Source of the DNA: Octopus bimaculoides | Lineage: Eukaryota | DNA: 64,000 bases | Assembly (NCBI RefSeq): GCF_001194135.2 | Contig: NC_068982.1 | Coordinates: 59,663,448 to 59,727,447 of the forward strand | Direction: 5' to 3' | Shown here: one piece after another, positions 1 through 12,225 of the stretch | Layout of the letters: every line of letters starts with the position of its first letter | Numbering within the stretch: position 1 is the first letter of the stretch | Notes under the pieces: generated by a model | Told to the model about the DNA's origin: nothing | Databases searched by the model: none | Seen by the model: the letters and a program-made list of their open reading frames with translations, nothing else | Program-made: the position numbers and the translations under genes

Positions 1-47
<47 letters not shown>

Positions 48-58
48 TACATATATAC
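1..58. repeat. (TA)n microsatellite (SINE-internal tract)
   Basis: Direct TA dinucleotide run abutting the SINE at 59. Confidence 0.95.
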
Positions 59-222
59 GATGGGCTTCTTTCAGTTTCCGTCTACCAAATCCACTCACAA
101 GGCTTTGGTCGACCCGAGGCTACAGTAGAAGACACTTGCCCAAGGTGCCACGCAGTGAGACTGAACCCGGAACCATGTGGTTGGTAAGCAAACTATTTAC
201 CACACAGTCACTCCTGCGCCTA
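59..222 (-). mobile_element. tRNA-headed SINE family A, 5' half
   Basis: Minus strand has an A-box-like (gtgactgtgtggtaaa) and B-box-like (gggttcagtctc) head. It is near-identical to copies at 8206, 9637, 34090, 40850 and 60950. Confidence 0.85.
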
Positions 223-892
223 TAATAATAATAATAATAATTAGCAAAAAAAATAGTGAACTGGTGGAGTAAATAGCACAATACACACAAAAGTGGAGGG
301 CTCTTAAGGAGCTTGTTCTAAACCCACCAGGAGATTGACCTCTTGATGAAACCATAGTTGGTATTTGAAAATATCAGTGACCAAATTTTATCTGGGATGT
401 CATACCATGAAACCCGTCAAGTGTCTGACTAATTTTATCATGAAACTTCACCATAAGTGTTGCCATAAGTCCCTTCTAAGTGCATAATTGTTGTTATATG
501 ATGTAATATGGAGTCTAAGTTGAGACTGGAATAGGAGAGATGCTGGCTCTTATCTTTAGATAAGAACACATACTGTATGTATATGTAATGAAGTATTAAT
601 GGACTTAAGCGATACTAAATAAATAATGCGATTACAAGAAATTTCAGCAGAAAAATTAACAAAGAATGAAACATTAGTCTTTTTATATACACTGTTTACA
701 TTACTCTGCTGCTGCATAATGTAGTAGATAAAGACATTGGTTAATGCAGCACAGTCGCCTTGTGGTTTTGAGTTCAATCCCAGGCAAGGCACTAAGGTGA
801 ATCATAAGACACCTGAAGAAGGCTGGAGTGTACACAGCCAAAACAGTGAAAATAACAAGTAAGATGAAGACACCAGTCTGACAAATCTTTTT

Positions 893-1110
893 CTTTAACT
901 TGCTTCAGTCTGTGGCCATGCTGGGGTACCACCTTGAAAGGTTTTTTAGTCAAACAAATTGACCCCAGGCCTTTTTTTATTTTGTAGCCTACTACTTATT
1001 CTATTGGTTTCTTTTGCTGAATCACTAAGTTATGGGGACTTAAACACACCAACATTGGTTGTCAAGCAGCGGTGGGAGACAAACACAGACACAAAGACAC
1101 TCACACAAAT
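893..1110 (-). mobile_element. SINE family A, 3' half
   Basis: Matches the 3' halves of the full copies at 8400-8600 and 60700-60900 (tgtggccatgctgg...gctgaatcactaagttatggggac...caccaacattggttgtcaag). Confidence 0.8.
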
Positions 1111-1117
1111 GTATATA

Positions 1118-2349
1118 TTAGGTTGTCTGGAAAGCTCTGAGCGTTTTTAAGTTAAATCTTTTAACACTTCATTGAACACACCTGAAATGTAACACAGTTA
1201 AAACTTTGGCATTGCATCTCTTCTTTGTTCCTGACTAAAAATAGATTTATTTTTCATCCCAGCTACCCTTTATTGACATTTGAAATGGATAACCAAACAT
1301 TTCATATTCACGTTGTAATGCTTTTCTTTTTTAGAAAAGGAGAAAGTGCTGCAAAGACCTGTAAAAACATTTATAGTTTACGGTGATGATGCTGTAGGTG
1401 AATCAACTGTTCGAAGGTGGTTTGCAAAGTTTAAAGTTGGAAAGTTTAGCTTGGAAGATGACAGTCACAGTGGAAGACCTTCAAAATTGGATGAAGATGT
1501 TTTGAAGGCAAAAAATCAAAGATAACTCAAATATCACCACTAGAGAATTTGCAGAGGAGTTGGAAGTTTCTAAAAGTATAATTCACGAACACCTAGTGAA
1601 GCTAGGATACATTTCTCGCTCTAATGTATGGGCCCCTCAAAAATTCTCAGAAGAGAATTGCATGGACTGGCATTCTGTTTATGATATACTTTTGAAACAG
1701 AATGAAAGCATACCTTTTTTGAAACAACTTACGACTGGAGATGAAAAAGGGATTGTGTACAAAAGTGTAGTGTGAAAAAGATCCTGGTATTTGCATAAGG
1801 TTCCCTCAAAATGGCAACCAAAGATGAATATCCATGCCAAAAAAGCTATGCTTTTGTTTGTTGGGATCATAAAGGCATTATTTATTATGAACTTCTACAA
1901 AATGAGACCATTAATTCTGATGTGTACTGTTGTCAGCTGGCTAATTTGAACCAAAACAATCGAAGAACTGAGGCCAGAGATTGCCAACAGGAAAGGGGTA
2001 GTGTTCCAACAAGACAATGCCCGACTACATGTATTTTTGGCTACCCAAACAAAGTTACATGAACTTAGCTGGCATCTCTTAACCGATCCACCATATTCTC
2101 CTGATATTGCACCATCTGACTCTACAAAACTTATTGCAAGGAAAAACATTTAATGATTTAGATGGAGTCAAAATGCATATAGATAACATTTTTCTTCAAA
2201 ACCAGTCAAATTTTATGCTGATGGGATATTTCAATTGTCTGATAGATGGGCAAAGGTCATTAATAATGGAAATTATTTCCTTCAATAAGATTTATTGAAA
2301 GGTCATTTATTTATATTTAAAAATACTTAAAACATTCTGGACAACTTAA
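1118..2349 (+). mobile_element. Full-length decayed mariner (Tc1/mariner, DD34D type) transposon
   Basis: TA at 1116-1117 and 2350-2351. 33-bp imperfect TIRs (ttaggttgtctggaaag.../rc ttaagttgtccagaatg..., 24/33 identical). Internal transposase motifs present. Confidence 0.92.
1285..2288 (+). pseudogene. Mariner transposase pseudogene (multiple frameshifts/stops)
   Basis: Fragments read ...GDDAVGESTVRRWFAKFKVGKFSLEDDSHSGRPS (HTH), VWAPQ (WVPH motif), LTTGDEK, WDHKGIIYYELL, QQDNARLH and PPYSPDIAPSD (YSPDLAP motif). Confidence 0.92.
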
Positions 2350-2351
2350 TA

Positions 2352-2520
2352 TGTGTGTGTGTGTACCTTTATTTGTCCCTCCACCACTGCATGACAATAG
2401 GTGTTGGTTTGTTTACATCTTCATAGCTTAAAAACAATAAGTACTGGGAGCATTTTTTCAACTAAGACCTTTCAAGGCAGTGGCTCCTCATGGCTGCAGT
2501 ACAATGAGAGAAGCAAGAGA
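2352..2520 (+). mobile_element. SINE family A, 3' half
   Basis: tgtccctccaccactgcatgacaataggtgttggtttgtttac...actaagacctttcaaggcag, same family as 8400-8600. Confidence 0.7.
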
Positions 2521-2692
2521 AAAATGAAACTAGATAAAGGTGTGTGTGTGTGCGTGTGTATTTGTGTACATATTTCATGATTTTACTTAGACATACCAGT
2601 ACTTTGTTAAAAACCTTATACATGCTTCAGAATAATCTATAAGATATGTAAAGAGCGGATTAATGGAATGAGAATTATATAACTAAATTTAT

Positions 2693-2760
2693 TAGCTTAC
2701 AGCTGTTTCTGGAATAAGAAGCAGTGCACTGCTTCTTATAAGAGAAACAGCTGTAAGCTA
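2693..2760. repeat. 68-bp near-perfect palindrome
   Basis: Arms 2693-2726 and 2727-2760 are reverse complements at 31/34 positions, with no loop. Confidence 0.9.
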
Positions 2761-2850
2761 CAGAAGTAAGTGATATAATTCTCACTCCTTTGTCATTCAA
2801 TTAATTTATATATATGTATACACACATACACATATATATGTACACATGTA

Positions 2851-2932
<82 letters not shown>

Positions 2933-3561
2933 TTATTCAATTCTCAATATTTAGTAGTTTGTTTTCTTACAACAGTGACTGCTACATTCAGTGTCTTTAT
3001 AGATAATATTATGTATATATACACATCAATTGTAAACTTTCAGTCTAAAGATGCAACATAATCTATCAGTAAATCTATCTTTAATGCTTGATGAAGAAGC
3101 TAATGGATTACAAAAGTATATACTCTTATATATTCCTTGTAGACTCCTTATTTCTAGAGTTTAGCCAGTGTTCAAAACATTCTTTGCTTTAATTTGTTTA
3201 AAAATAAACATAAGAAACTATCACAATTTCAACTTGAGTTTTTCTTTATCAGACTTAATGTAGGAGCAGAGGAGGAATATTGTTTCCTTTGTCTACCTTC
3301 AGAGGAATAATAATTTACATTTTTCTTTTCCTTACTTACCATATTACTTCTCTCATTCTTTCTTTGGTATTTTTTTTACTTTTATTCATCATTGCTATTT
3401 TTTCTTTATTCTTTTTTACCAATATTTTCTCCTTCCTCTTCCTGTCACATTCCTTTACACTCCACTTTTTTTCTATCACTCACTCTGCCATTCTCCCTCT
3501 CTCCTCATTCTTCATCTTTCTCTTTATTTTCCTCTCCCTCTCCACATAACTTCATAACCCC

Positions 3562-3598
<37 letters not shown>

Positions 3599-6500
3599 AA
3601 TATCTTTCTCTTTCTCTCTATCTTTCCATTTTTATTTATCTATGTAGTTTTTTGCTGATTTTTGTAACTCCATCACTAATCTTTCATACATGCACGAAGC
3701 AAAAGAAACTACAGAGAACAACATGCTATGACATTTCACTCTCCTTTACATGTTTTCAATACCTGATTGATTTTAGTGTATTAGGACCATAGTTGGCACT
3801 GACTTTTAGTCATAAGCTTTAATGTATTTTATTGACTAATTTACATGGAAGAGAACCAAGACAGGAATCTCCTATTTCAGATATGAGATCAGAAAAGATA
3901 TGCCAGCTATGTCAGTCCCATATTATGTATCTGCTGTCCTAAAGAGTCCACATAAACACACTACTTAACAGACTCAAATAAGAAGCATAGGAAAAGAAAA
4001 AAAATATCTTCTCTCTCTTAATCTCGTTCTCAATCTAAATTTAAGAGTTTGTGTACATATATGTATATAAGAGTTTGTATACATTACCACTCATAAACTC
4101 GCATCTACACACACAATAGCATTTTTTTTTTCTTCTTATGTGATTCAGTTCTCATCATGAAGTTGAGTTTAACCTTTCCTGTTAATGTATCATTCATTTA
4201 TGTATGTGTATACTAATGTATGCATGTAACTATTAGTGTAATAGTATGTGTATGTATGTGTGTGTATGTGTGAATGTGAATGTATCTGTGTGCCATCTAT
4301 TTATGTATCTATTTATCTATCTATCAATCTATCTATCTATCTACCTACCTATCTATCCATCCATATATATGTATGTCAAATTTTTTTTATGTATAAACAT
4401 CATGAAATGGTACACTTTAATAAATAAATATCTGTAAGTGAAAAATAACACCACAACTTTTGCTTACGGGGTAAACATGCTACCTTAACACCACAGGGAG
4501 CTTGTCGTGTTCCATTCTCAGACTAAGTATACAAATGCCTATCTGATGCAGTAAGTGCATTCACTTCAGCACAGATGCATTTATCTTTCACATAGGATTT
4601 ATTCAACTTAGCTAAAGTGTAGTAGAAAGACTAAGCAAATTTATTCAGAGATGTACTCAACAAAATTCATATGAGATCCAGCTTAAAATTTCTTATATGA
4701 TAAGAAAGAATTATTAGTTTCATGATTAATTATGACTAAGAAACATGAGAGAAATAACCCCCAAAATTTATCTTAACACCAATTAAAATTAGAATATGAG
4801 CATGTGAAGGTACGTAGTCACGTGAAGATCAGTGGCCAGGGTGTTGCACTCACAATTTCAAGATCATGATCTCAATTTTGGGCAATGCATTGTTCTTGAG
4901 CAAAAGACTTTTCATTTCATGTGACTCTGTGATCCTTTCCACATCTGACATATGGCACACCGTGCACCTGTGCAGGCAATGAGAATGAGCTAATGTATAT
5001 CAGAAACATTTGATCACTTGAAGTTGGTGCCCCAGTATGGCTAGAATGCAATGACTGAAACATGCTAAAAAGTGTAAAGGACACTGTAGTAGAGAATAGG
5101 TTTGATTTGATCTTGGAAGCATAGTGACAATTTCAGATGATATGCTTTAGTCTTATTAGACCTCTTCAGCAAATTATAGACTCTTGTAGTGCTGCTGAGT
5201 TAATAACCTCTTTACTTCATTAATGTCTTCAACCCAGCAATATACCTTTTAATGTTGTTGAGTATATTTCTGTAGGAGAGTAAAACCTGGGCGAACTACT
5301 TCATAGAAGAACAGACTTAATTTCTTCCAATTTCGCAATGAGAGTTGTTGTTAATATTGCTGTTGTTCAGCCTAAATCTTCTCACATTAAAGAGACTTTC
5401 CATTAAATGCCTTCAAACCACGAAATTTAAAATCTTGCCTATTTCTTCTAATATGGCTTCTAATACCAATTAGAACCTATAATGAGCTATGGAAAATAAC
5501 TCAGATACACCAAGGATTTGAATTTAGATAAATCAAATAAGGGATTTTATATTGTATGATGTATAAAAAACAGAAACTCTCATTCATTAATTTACCTCTT
5601 AGTTAGGAAAAGGAAGAAAAAACTTTACCAGTAATTGTTACACTATGATTTCAAAGATTGATTTCATAAAATTAGCTGTCACCTTTGCTAACTATATAAA
5701 TTATTTTGTGAAATAAATTCTTAAATTCTTAAAATTGTCTACCCTTTTCTTTGAACATTTCCAACAATTACCACATGGATTATATGCCTTTCTCCAAATT
5801 GCAGGTGAACTTCAATTAATTGACAATTATTCTGAGTATTTTAATTAGCACATTACTCTCACAACCTCATGGTTCCAGGTTCAATCCCATCATGCATCTC
5901 ATTGAGAAAATGTTAACTATCAGTCTTAGGTCAACCAATAGCTTGAAAATGGAAGCTGGTTGATGGAAAATGTAAGGAAGTTCATTGCATATATATGTAT
6001 GTGTGAGTGACACACACACATATACACCTCTTGAGAATCAGTGCTTGTTTGCCTATGTCCCTGTAACTTGGCAGTTTGGCAAAAGAGACAGATCAGCTAA
6101 GTACCAGATTTATTAGAATAAGTATTGGAGTCCATTTGATTAACTAAATACTTCAAGCCCAACATAGCCACAGTTCAATGGTTGAAACAAATAGAAAATG
6201 TGTGTGTGTGTGTGTGCGCGCGCGTGCACCCATGCATATCTTTTACTAAAATGCATTGCTAAAGGATGTAAACACCATTGAAAAATATTTTTCAAATGAA
6301 ATCCTTTGTGATATTTGTTCTGAACTAAGTTAGAGACACTTCCTTATCACTGTCATACCATCATAATTAAAGCGAACCAGAGGCTGTCCCATTGGAAATT
6401 TGTAATTAACAATGCAGTATTTCACCACTTGTAATGACAGACGGACAGTTTTTATGAAGGAGGAGTCTGCTTCAATGGAATTTCTAAGAGGTCAAGTGGC

Positions 6501-7402
6501 CATACAGAGTCTCCCTTGTTGGCTCATATCAAAGAAGAAGGGGTTACATAAAGGGACCACACCTTTAACATTGAGATACTGATATTGACAGGAGCAATGA
6601 ACATTGCTGACATTGAGCAGAGGGTCTTTTAGAACTGGAAGCTAAACTTAGATACGCACAGATATGTGTGTGTGTGTGGGCATTCACCAAGTGTAAATGG
6701 AACTAATTAAGGTTCTAGTTTCTGTGATATTGTGAAACTTGACTCTTCGTTTTCCATGCAATTACGTATAGTCATGTAAAACTGTGAATGAATTTGTGAT
6801 GTGTCATAGCTGAGAGATTAGGGTATCGAGTGTGGAATATATGTGGAGATTAGTGAGAAGGGGAGTTGCGAATATTATGTCTGAGGTTCAATGCTAACTT
6901 GCATGAACAAGTGGTCAAAGACGATAGTAGCTGAAGCATTAAAGACATCAGGCATAGAGAACTGGCAGCTGCACTGTTAAGGACATATGAAGGGATGAGA
7001 TTGAACGAAAGAGTGCCGAGAAGTAAAAAAAAAAAAAGGTGTGATATGCTGATATTGGAAATTACGAGACAGATAAGAGGCGGAGTAGTTGGCTCACATA
7101 GCTTGTGCTCTTTCGGTCATTTAGATTGAAATAAGACAAAATCAGGAAGAAAGTTAGCCTCGTCGTTCCAGTTTAACTCCATGACAGTGATGACGATGAT
7201 GGTGGTGGTGGTGGTAGCGGTGGTGGTGGCGGTGACGATGAAAATGATGAGAAGCATAGGGATGAAGGTGCAACACTGAATGTGTCAATCCTCTCAATTG
7301 CAGAGCCCATAGTGTGCAAGAGAATGCATATGTGCTTTTTGTTTGTTTTTTGTGTATGTGTGTGTAATTGTAACTTTGAACATCCATATGCATAAACACA
7401 CA

Positions 7403-7442
<40 letters not shown>

Positions 7443-7524
7443 TTTAATGGTGGAACTTGAAGTAAACGAGGCTAAAAATAATTATTTTTACAAACGGTGA
7501 ATCTTGAAGCAAATAAGCTATAAA

Positions 7525-7730
7525 TATTGGTTTCAAATTTTGGCACAAGGTTTTTTGGGGGTGGGGGGGCTAAGTCAATTATATCAACCTCAGAGTCCCA
7601 CTGGTACTTATTTTATTGAAAGGATGAAGGGCTGAGTCAATCTCAATGGAATTTGAACTCAGAATATTAAGCTGGATGAAATGCCACTAAACATTTTGCC
7701 CAACATATTAACAATACTGCTAGCTCACCT
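7525..7730 (-). mobile_element. tRNA-headed SINE family B (decayed)
   Basis: tttcaaattttggcacaagg...actggtacttattttat...aaggatgaaggg...aatttgaactcagaa...tgctagctcacc, same family as 10550, 18295 and 29768. Confidence 0.75.
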
Positions 7731-7942
7731 GGGTTAAGAAAAGTTAAAGGACACTCATGGAATTTGAACCCACATCTTCTGTAGACATGGCAGATGTTCT
7801 ATCTGAAAGCTCAAATTTGCAAAAATAGATTTCATAACAATTTGACCAAGCAACACTCACATGTTACACATATTACAATTATACAAAGTTACTCTCTGTC
7901 ACGCACACAAATATATTTCTGTATAAATATGTGTATATAAAT

Positions 7943-8130
7943 TGTTGTGTCGACGCCCCCAGGCGAAGAAGCAGGATCTCCCAAGATATATAAATAGAGG
8001 TAATCTGGCCATGGTAGGAGTGTTGAGTAGCAGTCAAGTAGCTGTTGAGTAACAGTCACGTAGCAGTTGTGTAGCGGTTGAGTAGAGATCATCCGAAGGT
8101 GCTAGATAACAGTAGCGTTGAGACATAACA
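7943..8130 (+). mobile_element. Short (188 bp) solo LTR
   Basis: Begins TGTTGTGTC and ends GACATAACA (TG...CA, 8/9 inverted termini). Exact 5-bp TSD TAAAT at 7938-7942 and 8131-8135. TATA-like tatataaa near 7987. Strand is inferred from the TATA only. Confidence 0.8.
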
Positions 8131-8205
8131 TAAATGTGTGTATATAAATGTATGAGTCTACAGTTCCACAACAAAGCATAAATCTCAAACATTTATATAA
8201 TATAT

Positions 8206-8602
8206 AGGTGCAGGCATGGCTGTGTGGTAAGAAGCTTGCTTCCCAAGTATACGGGTCCAGGTTCAGTCCCACTGCGTGGCACCTTGGGCAAATGTCTTTT
8301 ACTGTAGCCTCAGGCCAACCAAAGCCTCGCGAGTGGATTTGGTAGGCGGAAACTGAAAGAAGCCTGTCATATATGTGTGTGTGTGTGTGTGTGTGTCTAT
8401 GTGCGCTTGTCTCCCTCACCACCACTTGAGAACCAGTGTTGGTGTGTTTATGTCTCTGTAACTTAGCAGTTCAGCAAAAGACTGATAGAATGAGTGCTAA
8501 GCTTTAAAAAAAATAAGTCCTGAGGTCAATTTATTTGACTAAGACCCTTCAGCATGGTACTCCAGCATGGCCTCAGTCAAATAACTGAAACAAGTAAAAG
8601 AA
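8206..8602 (+). mobile_element. SINE family A, full length
   Basis: Head (catggctgtgtggtaagaagc...ggttcagtcccactg), central (TG)n tract, and 3' half ending gaaacaagtaaaagaata. Confidence 0.88.
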
Positions 8603-8656
8603 TACACATAACATTCCCTTCACTAATACAAAATCTTAATTCTACTTCATATTTAT

Positions 8657-8711
<55 letters not shown>

Positions 8712-9636
8712 GTTAAGGCATTAATATGTTTACGCATACAAAATGTGATCAGCTCATATTATGCATTCTAAAATATCAAATTGAGGTAAATGTCTGAACA
8801 ATTTCCTTGTTTTTCAATACTCATTACGCTTACAACAAACAGCAAAAACAAAATAAAGAGGAGACTGGAAAGACCCAATGAGTAGCTTCCTTATTGTGTT
8901 GCAATGCTGTTATATATGAAGTTGAGTGTTTTGAAGGAATTGGTTGATGGAAATCAGAAACTGTCTCTTTTATTCAGTGTGAGCAGAGGTGTAGGAGTGG
9001 GAGCAAAATGCCATGCTAAGAAAAGAAAATATCTACTTAAATATATTAGGATGAGGAGACAGCAACAAAAAGACATTGATGTAAGCAATACTTCATAAAT
9101 GGAAAGGAATATTAGAATGCATTTTAGAAATGAAGTCATTATTATTAACGATGTAAATGGAGTGGTGGTTGTAGTGATGGAGTAGAAGATGGTGAAGGAG
9201 AACCGGATTAAAAATCCTTTGTAGCAGATAGATGACAGAGGCAGCTGAACTGAAATGCTGTTCTACACTTGTTTAACATTTGACGCCAACATGAAGGTAG
9301 CAGCCACACAATACATAAATCAGCTACTAGCATGAGACAATTTTAGCTTAGTGCACTATTACATACAAGTAAGTATTAAGTGAGCTATGTAAAAGAAACT
9401 AAAGTGTTCAAATGAACTATATTATTTGGTTTGTTTTCCTGTTAGGGTACCACATGCATGCTAGTTGTTTCTAAGGCTCAGGGTTTGAAATATGCAATGA
9501 TGGTACCTAAACAGTTTCATGATGTTCTATGTAGCAATGGACATCAAAATAATTTCTTGTCGCACAATTAGGTTAATAAGACATAATTAAATACTTTGTC
9601 TTGATTTAATATGTTATGGCAAGTTAGCTTAATGAA

Positions 9637-9990
9637 TGCATGGCTGTGTAGTAAGAAACTTGCTTCTCAACCACATGGTTCCAGGTTCAGTCCCACTGCA
9701 TGGCACCTTGAGTAAGTGTCTTCTGCTGTAGCCTCGGGCTGACCAAAGCCTTGTGAGTGTATTTGGTAGACGGAAACTGAAAGAAGCCCGTCATATATAA
9801 ATATTTATGTCTGAGTGTCTTTGTCCCCCCCACCACCACCACCACCATTACTTGAATCGATGTTGGTGTGTTCAAGTCCTTGTAACTTAAAGGTTCAGCT
9901 GAAGAGACCGACCGAAAGAATAAGTACTTTAAGGCGGTGCTCCAGCATGGCCACAGTCAAATGAGTGCAACACGTATAAAAAATAAAAGA
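9637..9990 (+). mobile_element. SINE family A, full length
   Basis: Same head, body and tail as 8206-8602. Confidence 0.85.
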
Positions 9991-10283
9991 ATAAATAACT
10001 TACTGACTATTGACAAACACAAATGCACAAACTCTTTAAATTATGAGACTGATCAACATCTTCCATCTTCCCAACACACTCCAACTTTTGACCCACAGGC
10101 CGTCCTCTCTTTATATAATTTTGATAGCAACTACAAAGGCCCCTGCTTCTTAGAGATGACTGGCATAATACCACCACCATTTAAATGATCCCATCACATT
10201 TTTCTCTCATCTTCTTAACACCCACATTCCCTTCATTAATTACTATATTCATTCCACCATTTTTAGAGTGTTGGCCCTCTCAC

Positions 10284-10325
10284 CTCCTTTCAGAGTCATG
10301 TATTTCTGCAGCTGTTGACTTGCAA
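10284..10325 (-). CDS. Candidate 42-nt internal exon (left-hand minus-strand gene)
   Basis: Acceptor gtttttgtttctcttgaacag|, donor GAG|gtgaga. Open as ASQQLQKYMTLKG (phase 1-1) or CKSTAAEIHDSER (phase 2-2). No homology recognised. Confidence 0.3.
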
Positions 10326-10549
10326 CTGTTCAAGAGAAACAAAAACCATTTAGATTTCACACATCGTAGAGAGTCTCTGAAAGCTCAGGCACAAAATATT
10401 CCACTAAACTAAAAAGCAAATAGAGAAGAAAGGAAAAAACTTCATCTCATCTGGGGGTAAGCAGAAAAGCAAAAGAAGAAAGCTGTGAAGTTAATACTTT
10501 TCTGAAAATGTTTGTTGTATATGTGATACAAAATAGCACCAAACATGAA

Positions 10550-10766
10550 TTGGTTTCAAATTTTGGCACAAGGCCAGCAAGTTTGGGGGAGGGGTAAATC
10601 GATTACACCGACCCCAGTGTTCAACTGGTACTTATTTTATTGACCGTGAAAGGATAAAAAGACATGGTCAACCATTGGAAAATTTGAACTCAGAACATAA
10701 AGACAGACAAAATGCCATTAAGCATTCTGCTCAGCGTGCTAATAATTCTGCCAATTTGCCACCTTA
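10550..10766 (-). mobile_element. SINE family B
   Basis: Full-length match to family B (ggtttcaaattttggcacaaggccagc...tctgccaatttgccacctta). Confidence 0.82.
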
Positions 10767-11592
10767 AAGCACCAAACAGATATTGAATTAATAAACTGAA
10801 CATATATCACAGATTACAGGTTTACCATTCTGCAAAGCTTATCTTTCTGTGTCTATGGTATTTGTACTAAGTAAAGAATAACAACACAATTCATTCCAAC
10901 AAAAAACACAATAGACTACCATACCATCACAATAAAATGTTGTATCACCACCAACTCCAAAATATACCAATCCTATATTCAACACACTGATATAATACAT
11001 AATGTAATAGTACACAGAAAACCCATTATTATCACAATGTTGAGCAACGTAAAACCAAAGGACAGTGTGTAAAGTATATTAAGATGTCAAACAATAATGT
11101 AACAACTGCAACAGATATCTAAGGGTTTCCAAAATGGAAAGTTAAGATCAGAAGACAAAAATATATATATTTACATATTTTATTGAATGACATCTGTTTA
11201 AAGCTTCTTTACCAAGTAAACCTTAAAAATATTCCAGTTTTCTTTTTATTAATTTATCAAAGAAATAAATTTCATAAAATCATTTTTCATTCAATTATAA
11301 AATTGAAAGTGACAGAAGGAAATAGTTCGACTTGGATGGATTTGAGGAAGTTTTAATACAGACTTTCATTATAAAATAATTGGATTTTAAAAAATATATA
11401 TATATATATATAAATCAATAACTTAGATGAACTTGAAATAGTTAGATTCAACTTTTATGTCTTTCTAATTTTAAAGATTACAGATATTTTTTTTTCTAAT
11501 ATTCTTTTCCTCCTGATTGAAGTTTAATATCTGAATTCAATGTTTCAGAAATTAAAAAGAAATATGTTTCTTAATTGTTTTGTCTTTATTGC

Positions 11593-11625
<33 letters not shown>

Positions 11626-11705
11626 AAAACAAACAAGCAACTATTATAAATAAAATGCATCTGCAAAACATTAACAGCTAACTTTTGCATCATTCTATTG
11701 CTTAC

Positions 11706-11746
11706 CACATTGACGTCGACTCCACCCATCTGCTGACTTATTGTAA
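11706..11746 (-). CDS. Candidate 41-nt exon
   Basis: Donor GTG|gtaagc, acceptor gattatcag|. Reads TISQQMGGVDVNV (phase 1-0). Keeps two CpGs inside a CpG-poor region. Confidence 0.25.
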
Positions 11747-12013
11747 CTGATAATCATCTTTCCAATAACTACAATACTATATTCATGTACACATAGACAT
11801 GTGCATTCTCACACATGCACAATATGCATATGATATACATATATATACACACACACACACATGGAACATACACATATGTACACATGTATATATATATATA
11901 TATATACATGTATCGTAAATAAATAAATATATATATATATATATGTATATACACATAAGAGAGAGAGAGACATACACATATGTACACATATATATATGCA
12001 TGTATGTATCATA

Positions 12014-12044
<31 letters not shown>

Positions 12045-12186
12045 GTGCATATGTGTCTGTGTACACTTAGTATAGAAAATCAAAGAACATAAATGACAAA
12101 TGTTATTATCTCTTTAATAATAATAATAATATAAAAAGAACATTCAGCAAAGAAACAATAAAGAATTCTATTATATTCTCAATTAC

Positions 12187-12225
12187 TCTGGGCAGACGGT
12201 TGACAAAAGTCTTTGAATGTTCCCT
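12187..12225 (-). CDS. Candidate 39-nt exon
   Basis: Strong acceptor tcattttgtcttcgtctttcag|, donor AGA|gtaatt. All three frames are open (e.g. GTFKDFCQPSAQ, REHSKTFVNRLPR). Confidence 0.33.

Noticed and set aside
6400-7130. Possible LINE C-terminal relic; likewise 50650-51480
   Set aside because: Only vague similarity (e.g. GHMKG...RVPR); no intact RT or endonuclease motif.
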